From IMG/VR virus record IMGVR_UViG_3300037420_000510, positions 325 through 64,324 of that record: 64,000 nucleotides of DNA. One strand, 5' to 3'. This DNA is from a virus. This document shows positions 1 to 8,240 of this stretch, piece after piece (within the stretch, counting starts at the first letter, position 1; each line of letters opens with the position of its first letter). A program made the translations under genes and the position numbers. The notes under the pieces are model-generated. The model was not told the origin of the DNA and did no database searches. It saw only the letters and a list, made by a program, of their open reading frames with translations.

Positions 1-222
1 GCTAGCAGCCTGCGCGACACCATCGCAGCCGTTAGCCACAGCCTGTCCGGCGCTTCCGAAAATGCCTTACGTGACGCCGCCAGTACCTACCGGGACTTAT
101 TTGAACAGTGCAATGGACGACGACACGAAATGGCAGGGCAGCTTGAAGAAGCTAATTCAGACAAAAAAACCCTGATCGAAGCATGGCCCAAAAATGCGCC
201 AGGTGACGCGCCTTCGAGATAG
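1..222 (+). CDS. Rz-like i-spanin, C-terminal part (5' truncated)
   Basis: Frame 1 is open from base 1: ASSLRDTIAAVSHSL...DLFEQC...KTLIEAWPKNAPGDAPSR*; helical spanin-like C-terminus containing an embedded lipoprotein ORF. Confidence 0.7.
   Translation, partial: ASSLRDTIAAVSHSLSGASENALRDAASTYRDLFEQCNGRRHEMAGQLEEANSDKKTLIEAWPKNAPGDAPSR
2..175 (+). CDS. Rz1-like o-spanin lipoprotein embedded in the +1 frame (5' truncated)
   Basis: Frame 2 reads LAAC-ATPSQPLATACPALPKMPYVTPPVPT...KKP*: lipobox followed by a Pro-rich segment, fully inside the Rz-like ORF. Confidence 0.75.
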   Translation, partial: LAACATPSQPLATACPALPKMPYVTPPVPTGTYLNSAMDDDTKWQGSLKKLIQTKKP

Positions 223-224
223 CC

Positions 225-395
225 ATGGACGAGCTGCTGCAGAAGATGCGCGCCTTTGCTTTAGAGCCGGGCGCGCTCTTCTACGTCGTCAAGACCCAAA
301 CTCGCGGGAGCGTTGCCATATGGGCCGACGATATCCGCGCCACAGCCAACGATGCGGAACTGCTCGCCCTGGTGCAGACACGCATCAATTCGTGA
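225..395 (+). CDS. Small hypothetical protein (56 aa, MDELLQKMRAF...)
   Basis: ATG 2 nt after the spanin stop; ends just before the RBS of the next gene; not in the ORF track. Confidence 0.55.
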   Translation: MDELLQKMRAFALEPGALFYVVKTQTRGSVAIWADDIRATANDAELLALVQTRINS

Positions 396-402
396 GGTAA
401 GC

Positions 403-1581
403 ATGCCTGAAGCTCGCAAATTCGATCCGCAACTGCGTCAGTTCGCCACGCCACAGCAGGCGCTGTACCTCGATGCCGTGATAGAGCATGGAGGGATTCG
501 GCCGGCATCGCGCGCACTGGGCGTGTGCAAAGGCACGATCTGCGCCGCGCTCGATCGCATCGCCAAGGCGGCGGCGCGCCAAGGGTATGCGCCAGGGCAC
601 TTCTCCGACGGCGTTGCTCCCGGCTACCTGATGGGCAAGGTCACCGTGCAACGTGGTCCTGAGGGAGACGTGGAGCGCACCTGGGAGCGGCAATACCCGG
701 ACCAGCAAGCATGGTTTGAGGCGATCCGGGCGACGGTCGACCAAGCGAGAGCTACGCTCCCACGCGTGAAGGCGACCAAGGGGCCGGGGCATGCCGATTC
801 AAGGCTGTGCAACCTCTTCGTGTTGACGGACGCTCACATCGGCGCGCTCGCGTGGCACCGTGAAGGCGGCGCCGACTGGGATCTGTCGATCGCTGAGCAA
901 ACCATCATCGGTGCCTTCAGCCACATGATTGCGACCGCGCCGAAGGCACGCCGCGCCGTGGTCACGTTCCTTGGCGACGTGGTCCACCAGGATTCTAACA
1001 AATCCATTACGCCAGCCCACGGCCACCTGCTCGATGCTGACAGCCGGCCGCGCAAGATCATCAGCGCAGTGGTCCGGATCATGCGCACGATAATCCGCAT
1101 GGCGCTCGAAACACACGATGAGGTGCATGTCGTGTGCGGGGAGGGCAACCACGACGAATACACCAGCGGGAACGTCCTGCCTGAAGTATTCGGAATCCTC
1201 TACGAGAACGAGCCGCGGGTGACGGTCAACGATGCCGTGCTGCCGTATTACGTGATTCAGCACGGCAAGGTTATGCTCGGGTTCCACCACGGGCACAAGA
1301 AGGCACCGCCGCAGCTGCCGCTGTACTTCGCCACTGCGCATGCTCAGATGTGGGGCGAGACGACCAAGCGATACGCGCATTGCGGTCACCGCCACCATGT
1401 CGAGGAAAAGGAGCATTCGGGGATGAAGGTCATCCAGCACTCAACCCTAGCCGCCCGCGACGCTCATGCATCCCGCGGGGGCTGGTTCTCGGAACGGCAA
1501 GCGATCGCGATCACGTACCACGAGGAATACGGCGAAGTGGCGCGACTAACGGTCACACCGGAGATGCTTAGTGCTCCATAG
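403..1581 (+). CDS. N-terminal HTH plus calcineurin-like metallophosphoesterase
   Basis: HTH-like GGIRPASRALGVCKGTI; phosphoesterase motifs DAH, GDVVH, GNHD, HHGH, GHRH; RBS GAGG before ATG 403. Confidence 0.8.
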   Translation: MPEARKFDPQLRQFATPQQALYLDAVIEHGGIRPASRALGVCKGTICAALDRIAKAAARQGYAPGHFSDGVAPGYLMGKVTVQRGPEGDVERTWERQYPDQQAWFEAIRATVDQARATLPRVKATKGPGHADSRLCNLFVLTDAHIGALAWHREGGADWDLSIAEQTIIGAFSHMIATAPKARRAVVTFLGDVVHQDSNKSITPAHGHLLDADSRPRKIISAVVRIMRTIIRMALETHDEVHVVCGEGNHDEYTSGNVLPEVFGILYENEPRVTVNDAVLPYYVIQHGKVMLGFHHGHKKAPPQLPLYFATAHAQMWGETTKRYAHCGHRHHVEEKEHSGMKVIQHSTLAARDAHASRGGWFSERQAIAITYHEEYGEVARLTVTPEMLSAP

Positions 1582-1592
1582 ATGCCGCAGAA

Positions 1593-1814
1593 TTAGGTTA
1601 GCGGCGGTTGATACCCGATGTTCGTCATTGAATCGCCGTCGAGATCTCGCGCGGGGATCCGAATAGCCCCTCCATCCTTGATCGCCCCGATCTCTTCGAT
1701 TCTCTTCTCGGTTGCTAGCCTGCGTGATGGTCGGAACACATCATCAATGATGTCGTAGACCTTGAAGCGATATACAGTAACCATCTGCTCTTTCGTGCCT
1801 ATTAGGCCCATCAT
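1593..1814 (-). CDS. Hypothetical protein
   Basis: 73-aa ORF, protein-like composition. Confidence 0.55.
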   Translation of the reverse strand: MMGLIGTKEQMVTVYRFKVYDIIDDVFRPSRRLATEKRIEEIGAIKDGGAIRIPARDLDGDSMTNIGYQPPLT

Positions 1815-1935
1815 TTACCCCTGTTTGCAATATTAGAGTTGCAACATACCATGTTGTGCCAGTCTAGGCAAAACTTCGCTCAAGATCGATTACCGTGTAA
1901 TCGCACAGCACAATCAACCGCCGTCGAGAACGGCT

Positions 1936-2283
1936 CTAGTGCACCCGATTCCACGCATTCTCGATATGCAGGAAGATTGACGGCACGACGGAAGCATCGC
2001 CAAACGACGCCGGCCGCTCATCCTGTGGATAGCTGAATACTGGCGATGATCGGATCATGCCAAGAGCCGCTTTCGGATGCGCGCCGGTTGCCTCCAGCTC
2101 GTCTAGTACTTCGGCCTCGATCTGGTGCATGAGTGCCCATGTGAGGACGCCCGATTCCCGGTAACGCATCACTACGCGTGGGACCACGAGCCTTGCCGCC
2201 TGGTCCGCCGCATCCAGATCTTCCAAAATCCCTGCGTCCACCATAGCCCCTCCAGATTCGCTTGCCAGTTGATATTTCGACAT
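1936..2283 (-). CDS. DUF2471-like protein
   Basis: VVMRYRESGVLTWALMHQIEAEVL resembles the Burkholderiales DUF2471 family; divergent from imuA across a LexA box. Confidence 0.6.
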   Translation of the reverse strand: MSKYQLASESGGAMVDAGILEDLDAADQAARLVVPRVVMRYRESGVLTWALMHQIEAEVLDELEATGAHPKAALGMIRSSPVFSYPQDERPASFGDASVVPSIFLHIENAWNRVH

Positions 2284-2301
2284 AGCTACTATGTCACGTT
2301 A

Positions 2302-2321
2302 TACTGTATAAATATACAGTA
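2302..2321. promoter_or_regulatory. LexA (SOS) box
   Basis: TACTGTATAAATATACAGTA, CTG-N10-CAG consensus. Confidence 0.92.
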
Positions 2322-2336
2322 TTTTCTAATATCAAG

Positions 2337-3071
2337 ATGACTACCGCAAGCGAACTAGAGACGCTTCATCCTTCGCTTTGGCGAGCGTCCCAACTTGGGC
2401 GCAGCCCGACTCGGTGCGTCGACACCGGGCATCTGGCCCTGTCGAACCACCTACCGGGAGGAGGCTGGCCAGTAGGTACGCTCGTCGACCTACTTGTCCA
2501 GCAGGCGGGAATAGGGGAGATGCGCCTGCTGGCACCTGCGCTGCGGAAGGTGGCCGAGCGGCGTATCGTGCTCCTGCAGCCACCGCACGCGCCACAAGCC
2601 CTGGGCCTGGCCGCGCTCGGCATCTCGCCGTCGAGCCTGCTTTGGCTCCGCGCCGAGCGCACGGCGGATGCACTATGGGCCGCCGAGCAAGTGCTGAAGA
2701 GCGGAAGCTGTGGCGCTCTGCTCTATTGGCCGCAGGGCAACTCTGGCGCCGGCACGCGCATGCAGCACATTCGCAACGACAGCTTGAGGCGACTTCACCT
2801 GGCCGCGCAACACGGCGAGACGCTATTCTTCATGATGCGGCCACTTGCGGCGGCCCAGGATGCCTCGCCGGCGCCACTGCGCCTAAGCCTGCAACCGGCG
2901 CCGGGCGGGCTGAACATTGGCTTTGTGAAGCGGCATGGGCCGCAGCGTGACGAGCCGCTGTTCCTGCCGATGTCGGTTACGACGTTTATCCCGCAACCGC
3001 ATCGTCATCCGATACCGGGACGCGTTGCTCCTGTCGTAAGCGCCGAGCGCAAAAATATGGCGTATCTGTAG
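2337..3071 (+). CDS. imuA: Translesion-synthesis-associated protein ImuA (RecA/SulA-like)
   Basis: LWRASQLG, GGGWPVGTLVDLLVQQAGIGEMRLLAPAL, LWAAEQVLKSGSCGALL, LRRLHLAA, SPAPLRL motifs; LexA box upstream. Confidence 0.9.
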   Translation: MTTASELETLHPSLWRASQLGRSPTRCVDTGHLALSNHLPGGGWPVGTLVDLLVQQAGIGEMRLLAPALRKVAERRIVLLQPPHAPQALGLAALGISPSSLLWLRAERTADALWAAEQVLKSGSCGALLYWPQGNSGAGTRMQHIRNDSLRRLHLAAQHGETLFFMMRPLAAAQDASPAPLRLSLQPAPGGLNIGFVKRHGPQRDEPLFLPMSVTTFIPQPHRHPIPGRVAPVVSAERKNMAYL

Positions 3072-3090
3072 CGACGTCTATCTGTAGGCA
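3063..3090 (+). repeat. Candidate integrase arm-type sites, left of core
   Basis: TATCTGTAG at 3063 and 3079; TGTAGGCA matches the right-arm TGTAGGTA. Confidence 0.55.
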
Positions 3091-3142
3091 TTTTTGACGG
3101 TATCATAAATTTATCGACAGATACGGCCTTTAAATCCAAGGT

Positions 3143-3166
3143 GTTCGAATCCCACCGCCTCCGCCA
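3143..3166 (+). other. att core: 3' fragment of tRNA-Ser (T-arm half plus acceptor strand and CCA)
   Basis: GTTCGAATCCCACCGCCTCCGCCA with G discriminator; no 5' tRNA half upstream; integrase downstream. Confidence 0.85.
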
Positions 3167-3209
3167 AGAATATAGAAACTGTTCGCGCAGCAACGAACAT
3201 ATCCCCTTG

Positions 3210-3250
3210 AAACCCTTGTAGAATCAAGCTTCTACGAGGGTTTTTTCTTT
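3210..3250 (+). terminator. Rho-independent terminator
   Basis: AAACCCTTGTAGAA-loop-TTCTACGAGGGTTT followed by a T-run. Confidence 0.8.
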
Positions 3251-3298
3251 TTTGAACCCTCATTACTCAACAGTAAAACACTGATCCACACAGTGCAT

Positions 3299-3319
3299 GT
3301 GTAGGTAGCAGTGTAGGTA
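3299..3319 (+). repeat. Candidate integrase arm-type sites, right of core
   Basis: GTGTAGGTA at 3299 and 3311 (12-bp period) just upstream of int. Confidence 0.6.
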
Positions 3320-3341
3320 CGAAACGAGTTTTGGAGGGACG

Positions 3342-4556
3342 ATGCCTACAAACACCCTGACGGATCGCCAGTGCAAGGCCGAGGTGGCGACGGACAAGCC
3401 CAAGAAGCTGTTCGACGGCGGCGGACTGCATCTGTTCATCTCGACCACGGGCTCCAAGACTTGGCGCCTTGCGTACCGAATTGACGGGCGCCCGCAAACG
3501 ATGAGCTTCGGCGCATACCCGACTGTCACTCTTGCGGCGGCGCGTGCGCGGCGCGATGAGGTCAAGGCGATCCTGGCCGAGGGTGGCGATCCGATGGCGC
3601 CGCGGCGCGTGCAGCGTGCCGGCCTTACGCTCGAGCAGGCGTCGGCCGAATTCTGGGCAGGTCGGCGTGACATCTCGGAAAGCTACCGGACGAACGCCAA
3701 GCGAGCGATCGACATGCACCTCGTGCCGCTCCTCGGCAACCGGAACATCGGGAGCATCGAGCGGCAGGATCTGATGGAAGCGCTGCAGGTCATGAACGCT
3801 GCCGGGCTCGCTGTCTACGTCCGCAAGGTCCGCATGTGGATCGGGCAGGTGTTTGAGTGGGCCGTCGAAAACGGCCACGCCAAGATCAACCCAGCCGCGC
3901 TGATCAACCCGCGCAACGCCTTCGCGCGCGCCAAGGTAGAACACTTCGCCTCTGTCGACCTGAGTGAGGTTCCACAGATGATGCAGCGGCTCGCGATCGA
4001 GGAACGGATTCAAAGCGTATTGGCCTTCCGTCTGCTCGCGCTTACGTGGGTGCGTACTGGCGAACTCAGGGCGATGCGATTCAGCGAGGTCGACGGCGCG
4101 CTGTGGCGCATCCCGAAGGAGCGGATGAAGAAGAATCGCGACCACTTGGTGCCACTGTCGCGTCAGGCGGTCGAACTGCTGAAGGTGCTGAAGGAGCGGT
4201 CAAGAAAGGGGGAGTTTGTTTTCCCGGCCGAGCACCGCGACGACCGGCCGATGTCGGAGAACGCGATTCTGGCGCTGCTGGCGCGCATTGGCTACCGCGG
4301 CCGGATGACGGGCCACGGCTGGCGGACCATCGCCAGCACCTGGGCGAACGAAAACGGGTACAACCGCGACGCCATTGAACGGCAACTCGCGCACGCTCCG
4401 GACGACAAAATCCGCGCGGCGTACAACCGCGCGGAATACCTGCCGGAGCGAACTACGATGCTGCAGGATTGGGCCGACTGGCTCGACTCAGTTGAGCAGG
4501 TTGATGCCGGCGGCGAGCAGGGTGGAAACCCGCCAACCCTTCGTGCGGTGGGATAG
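3342..4556 (+). CDS. int: Tyrosine integrase, P4 family
   Basis: Arm-binding N-domain (KLFDGGGLHL...WRLAYR), R-T-G-E, HGWR, QLAH, AYNRAEY. Confidence 0.96.
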   Translation: MPTNTLTDRQCKAEVATDKPKKLFDGGGLHLFISTTGSKTWRLAYRIDGRPQTMSFGAYPTVTLAAARARRDEVKAILAEGGDPMAPRRVQRAGLTLEQASAEFWAGRRDISESYRTNAKRAIDMHLVPLLGNRNIGSIERQDLMEALQVMNAAGLAVYVRKVRMWIGQVFEWAVENGHAKINPAALINPRNAFARAKVEHFASVDLSEVPQMMQRLAIEERIQSVLAFRLLALTWVRTGELRAMRFSEVDGALWRIPKERMKKNRDHLVPLSRQAVELLKVLKERSRKGEFVFPAEHRDDRPMSENAILALLARIGYRGRMTGHGWRTIASTWANENGYNRDAIERQLAHAPDDKIRAAYNRAEYLPERTTMLQDWADWLDSVEQVDAGGEQGGNPPTLRAVG

Positions 4557-4712
4557 TGCGACATCGGGTTTCGGCAGTTTGCCGTCTCTCATCCAGCGGC
4601 GGATGGTCTCGCTCGATACCATCGCTGCCGCTTGGAGTTCTCGGCGCCAGATGACGCGATCTGGTGCGTCCACATTCTCTCCCGCGATCGGAGCTTCGTT
4701 GGTGTTCTTCAT
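4488..4712 (-). CDS. AlpA-like excisionase/recombination directionality factor
   Basis: VSSETIRRWMRDGKLPKP...GWRVST; convergent with and overlapping int. Confidence 0.8.
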   Translation of the reverse strand: MKNTNEAPIAGENVDAPDRVIWRRELQAAAMVSSETIRRWMRDGKLPKPDVALSHRTKGWRVSTLLAAGINLLN

Positions 4713-4720
4713 TCTTCCTC

Positions 4721-4987
4721 CTATTCCATTCCACTATCCAGATACCTGCGCCGCTCGACCGGCGGCACGGCCTCGCCGACACCCGGGCGAACCAGCCCAG
4801 GGGCCGCTGGCACAGTCCCGACGCGCCGTTCGTAGTTCGGCCGGCGCCGGTCGTTGATCGGGCTGCTGAAATATGACGACGCGCCTTTGCGTCGGTCCGG
4901 TCCGCGCTCTTTCATCGCTTCCTGCATGCTTTCTCCTATCTTGAAAACCGCATCTCCCACATCAGGCGGTAGATCGTCACGTACCAC
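4721..4987 (-). CDS. Hypothetical protein with repeated D/E-R-R motifs
   Basis: 88-aa ORF in the leftward operon. Confidence 0.5.
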   Translation of the reverse strand: MVRDDLPPDVGDAVFKIGESMQEAMKERGPDRRKGASSYFSSPINDRRRPNYERRVGTVPAAPGLVRPGVGEAVPPVERRRYLDSGME

Positions 4988-5432
4988 ATGACGGGCTCCG
5001 GGCGTTGTGCGCTTCGATAGCGGCGTCGATCAGCTTTACGATTGCATGCTGGTAGTGATTCGCAGCGTCGACGTGTGCGCTAGAACCAGCCTGTCGAGCT
5101 TGGATGATGTCGAGCTCCCGCTTGGCACGACGTAACGCCTCTGCTGCGCTTTCGAGCCGCTCCGCATCTTTCTCCACCGTTCCTGCTGCGGGAGCCGCGC
5201 TCCTAATTCCATCGAATTCGGGGGAATTAGAGTTGGGTAGGCGGCGGTTCCAGGCGGCGGCTGCGTCCTCGCGGCAGCGAAAGCGTCGGTCACATGCACC
5301 GACCGTAGCTCGACAATGTTTGCAGGCAACGGCATTCCACGTATCAAACCCTTGAGTGCCAGGAACGCCGGCGGAGTGTTTAACGAACGTCGCTTTGCAG
5401 CCGCAGAACGGGCAATCCAGTAGTTCGCTCAT
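4977..5432 (-). CDS. Lar-family restriction alleviation protein
   Basis: MSELLDCPFCG...VACKHC...AAAAWNRR. Confidence 0.8.
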   Translation of the reverse strand: MSELLDCPFCGCKATFVKHSAGVPGTQGFDTWNAVACKHCRATVGACDRRFRCREDAAAAWNRRLPNSNSPEFDGIRSAAPAAGTVEKDAERLESAAEALRRAKRELDIIQARQAGSSAHVDAANHYQHAIVKLIDAAIEAHNARSPSCGT

Positions 5433-5749
5433 GCCTTCTCCTTCTCGATAGCTGCGTCGACGGCGCGATCCAGCGAAAATTCTGCAAGGTAGGCCGCTTT
5501 GCCGCTGTTGTCCACGATGCGGCCCACATGCGCATGGCTACGTTTCGGATTACGCAGCCAACGATATCGGGTCGCATCTGCCCGCAGCCGCTCGACCTCC
5601 GCGATCAGTTCAAGCACAGCAGCGGCAGAGCAAGCGGCGATGAATGCTATCGATCCTTCCCATGTAATCCCGTCTGCGATCTGATGCTCGCTATACCACT
5701 CTTTTTTGGGTGCCGCGAGTGCCAGCTCCTTCAGCTTTTCGATGTCCAT
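5429..5749 (-). CDS. Ead/Ea22-like early protein
   Basis: MDIEKLKELALAA...AVLELIAEVERLRADATRYRWLR. Confidence 0.6.
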   Translation of the reverse strand: MDIEKLKELALAAPKKEWYSEHQIADGITWEGSIAFIAACSAAAVLELIAEVERLRADATRYRWLRNPKRSHAHVGRIVDNSGKAAYLAEFSLDRAVDAAIEKEKA

Positions 5750-5750
5750 T

Positions 5751-5972
5751 TCATGCCTCCTGAACCAGCGCCCAGCCGGTGCTGTGCTTGTGCATGCGTT
5801 TGACGGAAACGAAGGTGCATTTCCCCAATTGGCCGTTCATGAGCGTGAACATCTGCGCCCGTCCACCTTCCACCCTTCCAACGCGGCAAAGTCTGCCTGT
5901 CATTCGCTTATCGAGATCGCGCCACACTTGCCCGCGCTTTACCTCGATTCCTTCTTTCGTGATGCTGTCCAT
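5751..5972 (-). CDS. Hypothetical phage protein
   Basis: MDSITKEGIEVKRGQVWRDLDKR; RBS GGAGG upstream. Confidence 0.6.
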   Translation of the reverse strand: MDSITKEGIEVKRGQVWRDLDKRMTGRLCRVGRVEGGRAQMFTLMNGQLGKCTFVSVKRMHKHSTGWALVQEA

Positions 5973-5973
5973 T

Positions 5974-6711
5974 TCATGCCTCCTTGGTGGCAAGTTGGTC
6001 GAAGTAGCGATATAGGACCGTCTCACGCGGGTCATCGCCGTCCTTTCTCAGAGTCGCAAAGCCCTCGTTCCTGCTCGACACACGAATCACATCATCGCCG
6101 CGCTCGATATGCCAGCCTTCCGGCACTCCCCCAGCGGTGCGACCGTCGATGTAGGCGATGACCGGCACAACGGGCCTGTCGTACTTTGCCGCCACCGGCT
6201 CGACCTCACTGCGCCGGCGTGACCAGATTATGACGTTGCCGTTCTCGGCAAGCGCTGCCCAGGCAAGCGCCCCGGGGGTATCGATGCTCTCAGTCTTCCG
6301 CGCTGCCAGCTCGTGCTCAACCTGGCCGTCACCGCTTTGGACGTTTTTGGACACGTTATGGACGTTCTGGAGGCGCTCAAGCTGGCGGATACGCTCGGCA
6401 TACGGGGCGACGACCTTGCGGGCATATTCAATTGCGAAGTGTTCAAGGACGACTTGCGCTGGAGTATCACTCTCACATCGACGAATGCGGCGTGTGACTT
6501 GCACGACATTCGACGGCATCGCCGGCAGTTCTTCCCCCATAGGGGCGGATGGAGCGGTGCCTGCGTTCGGCACGCGCGTTTGCGACAAGGCCAAGAGGAC
6601 GAGTGCACATGCTCTGTCATCGAGGCCAACCTCTTTTAATTGCTGCGTCAGTTCATCGAGGAATGTAGTCATTCGTGCAGCACGCTCGGCTTCATTGTTC
6701 AGATCAACCAT
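5974..6711 (-). CDS. Hypothetical phage protein
   Basis: 245-aa ORF tightly packed in the operon. Confidence 0.65.
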   Translation of the reverse strand: MVDLNNEAERAARMTTFLDELTQQLKEVGLDDRACALVLLALSQTRVPNAGTAPSAPMGEELPAMPSNVVQVTRRIRRCESDTPAQVVLEHFAIEYARKVVAPYAERIRQLERLQNVHNVSKNVQSGDGQVEHELAARKTESIDTPGALAWAALAENGNVIIWSRRRSEVEPVAAKYDRPVVPVIAYIDGRTAGGVPEGWHIERGDDVIRVSSRNEGFATLRKDGDDPRETVLYRYFDQLATKEA

Positions 6712-6889
6712 TCTTCTCTCCTTGCTTTGTCGCCTCGCTCATCATGAGCGTGACTTCCAACATAGCCGCGCTCACGATGCAATCCACGATGCGCTCTGCT
6801 ACCGTTGAATCGACAAGATGAAAAGCCAGTTGCCGCTTCGCTTCATCGCGCTGCTGCTGGGCGAGTTGTTTGATCTGCTCGATGTTCAA
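6704..6889 (-). CDS. Hypothetical phage protein
   Basis: TTG start overlapping the upstream stop; NIEQIKQLAQQQRD. Confidence 0.55.
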   Translation of the reverse strand: MNIEQIKQLAQQQRDEAKRQLAFHLVDSTVAERIVDCIVSAAMLEVTLMMSEATKQGEKNG

Positions 6890-7275
6890 TTCTTCTCTCC
6901 TTTCGTGTCGTGAGATTCCGCCTTGGCTGGGCCTTGGGCGGCTGCGTTCCAAGCATTTCGCAGAATTGACGTGCATTCAGGGATCGCTCCTATCACTTCA
7001 TCAAGTGGGATGCTGTATGCCGTCAACTTGACCCAGCGACCACTAGGAACTTCGCCCGTTACGTCCAATTCCGAGGAGTACCAAGTTTTGCCATTAACGG
7101 TAAGTGCATATGGTGTCAGCACTAGGCTTGGTGGCTTGTCATTGCATCGGCAATCAATAGCACCTTCCAGCCGCTTCCATGCATACCAACCGACACCAGT
7201 ATCCTTTGCTGCTCTCTCGGTTCGCCAACCAGATGCCGTAAGTTCATCGCGCAGCTTGTTGGTAACGTCGATCAT
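6886..7275 (-). CDS. Hypothetical phage protein
   Basis: 129-aa ORF with 4-nt overlaps. Confidence 0.65.
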   Translation of the reverse strand: MIDVTNKLRDELTASGWRTERAAKDTGVGWYAWKRLEGAIDCRCNDKPPSLVLTPYALTVNGKTWYSSELDVTGEVPSGRWVKLTAYSIPLDEVIGAIPECTSILRNAWNAAAQGPAKAESHDTKGEKN

Positions 7276-8240
7276 TTCCCCTCCTGTGCCGCGCTGGAGG
7301 CGATTGCTGCACGGGCCTTGTCAACGATCTCGGTCATCTTCACCGATTCAGGCCGCGAGTCGTCATCGTCGGCGCAGCGGGCGAATAGCTCCATGGCTTT
7401 CGCTTCCGGACTGTTCTCGTCGTCGGCCGCAGCCATCATGAAACGCCAGCGTGCGCCGTCGGCAATCTCGCCAGCATTCGCTGCATGTGACGCTCCCTGC
7501 TGAGCGACGGCTACGTCAGATTTGGCTGCGAGCCATGCCAAGAACCCATGATCGAAGTCTCGGGCCGTGTAACTGCGCGCATTGCGGTGGAATATCTGGC
7601 CCCACGCGATAAACTTCTGCTTCTCAACTTCCTTGTCCAGTGGCGCTTGTGATGAGCTCTGCTGGGCGAGAGCTGCGCGGAGTTCTGCCACTTCGGCGTT
7701 GCGCGCTTCTTGTTCATCGCACAGTTCATAACCAGACATTACGCGCTCCTGCCACGTCTTGATCTTCGGAGCGGCGTTCTGGCTGACTGCGGGCGATGCA
7801 AGGGAGGCGCGAGCCTGCCATCCGGTCAACATCGCTTCGCGGCTGTCTTCGCGGTACATCGTGCCATCAAACCATTTTGTGAACAGCGCTCGCTCATCTC
7901 CTGCCGCTACGCTCGGCTCTGCGCGGCGGGCGAGGACCGGCTCCCCGAAGTGCGTCGGCCCATTCACGTCTCGCAGCACCTGATCCAGGCGCTGCTCAAG
8001 GCGCTGGGTTGCGAACGCCACACAGGCCCGAATGCTTTCGTAGTGGTCGGCTTGCTTGAAATTTCGCGTAATAGAGTCGATTTCTGCGTCAGTCAGATTG
8101 TGTGCAGTCGCGCGCGACATCACAGCCTGATCTGCTGATGCAATCCTGCACTTCACGTCAGCCAGCCGAACCAGTGTTCCATGCGGGCTGGGGTAGGTCA
8201 TCAGGTCGTCCAGGTCTACGCCTGCAGTCTGGTTATCCAT
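7272..8240 (-). CDS. Mosaic hypothetical early protein
   Basis: Likely start MDNQTAG after an AGGA RBS; overlaps neighbours. Confidence 0.65.
   Translation of the reverse strand: MDNQTAGVDLDDLMTYPSPHGTLVRLADVKCRIASADQAVMSRATAHNLTDAEIDSITRNFKQADHYESIRACVAFATQRLEQRLDQVLRDVNGPTHFGEPVLARRAEPSVAAGDERALFTKWFDGTMYREDSREAMLTGWQARASLASPAVSQNAAPKIKTWQERVMSGYELCDEQEARNAEVAELRAALAQQSSSQAPLDKEVEKQKFIAWGQIFHRNARSYTARDFDHGFLAWLAAKSDVAVAQQGASHAANAGEIADGARWRFMMAAADDENSPEAKAMELFARCADDDDSRPESVKMTEIVDKARAAIASSAAQEGK

Noticed and set aside
3100-3166. Complete tRNA-Ser gene
   Set aside because: Only the 3' 24 nt match; no D-arm, anticodon arm or 5' acceptor strand upstream
2337-3341. Complete imuABC mutasome cassette
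   Set aside because: No imuB or dnaE2 follows; the att site is immediately downstream
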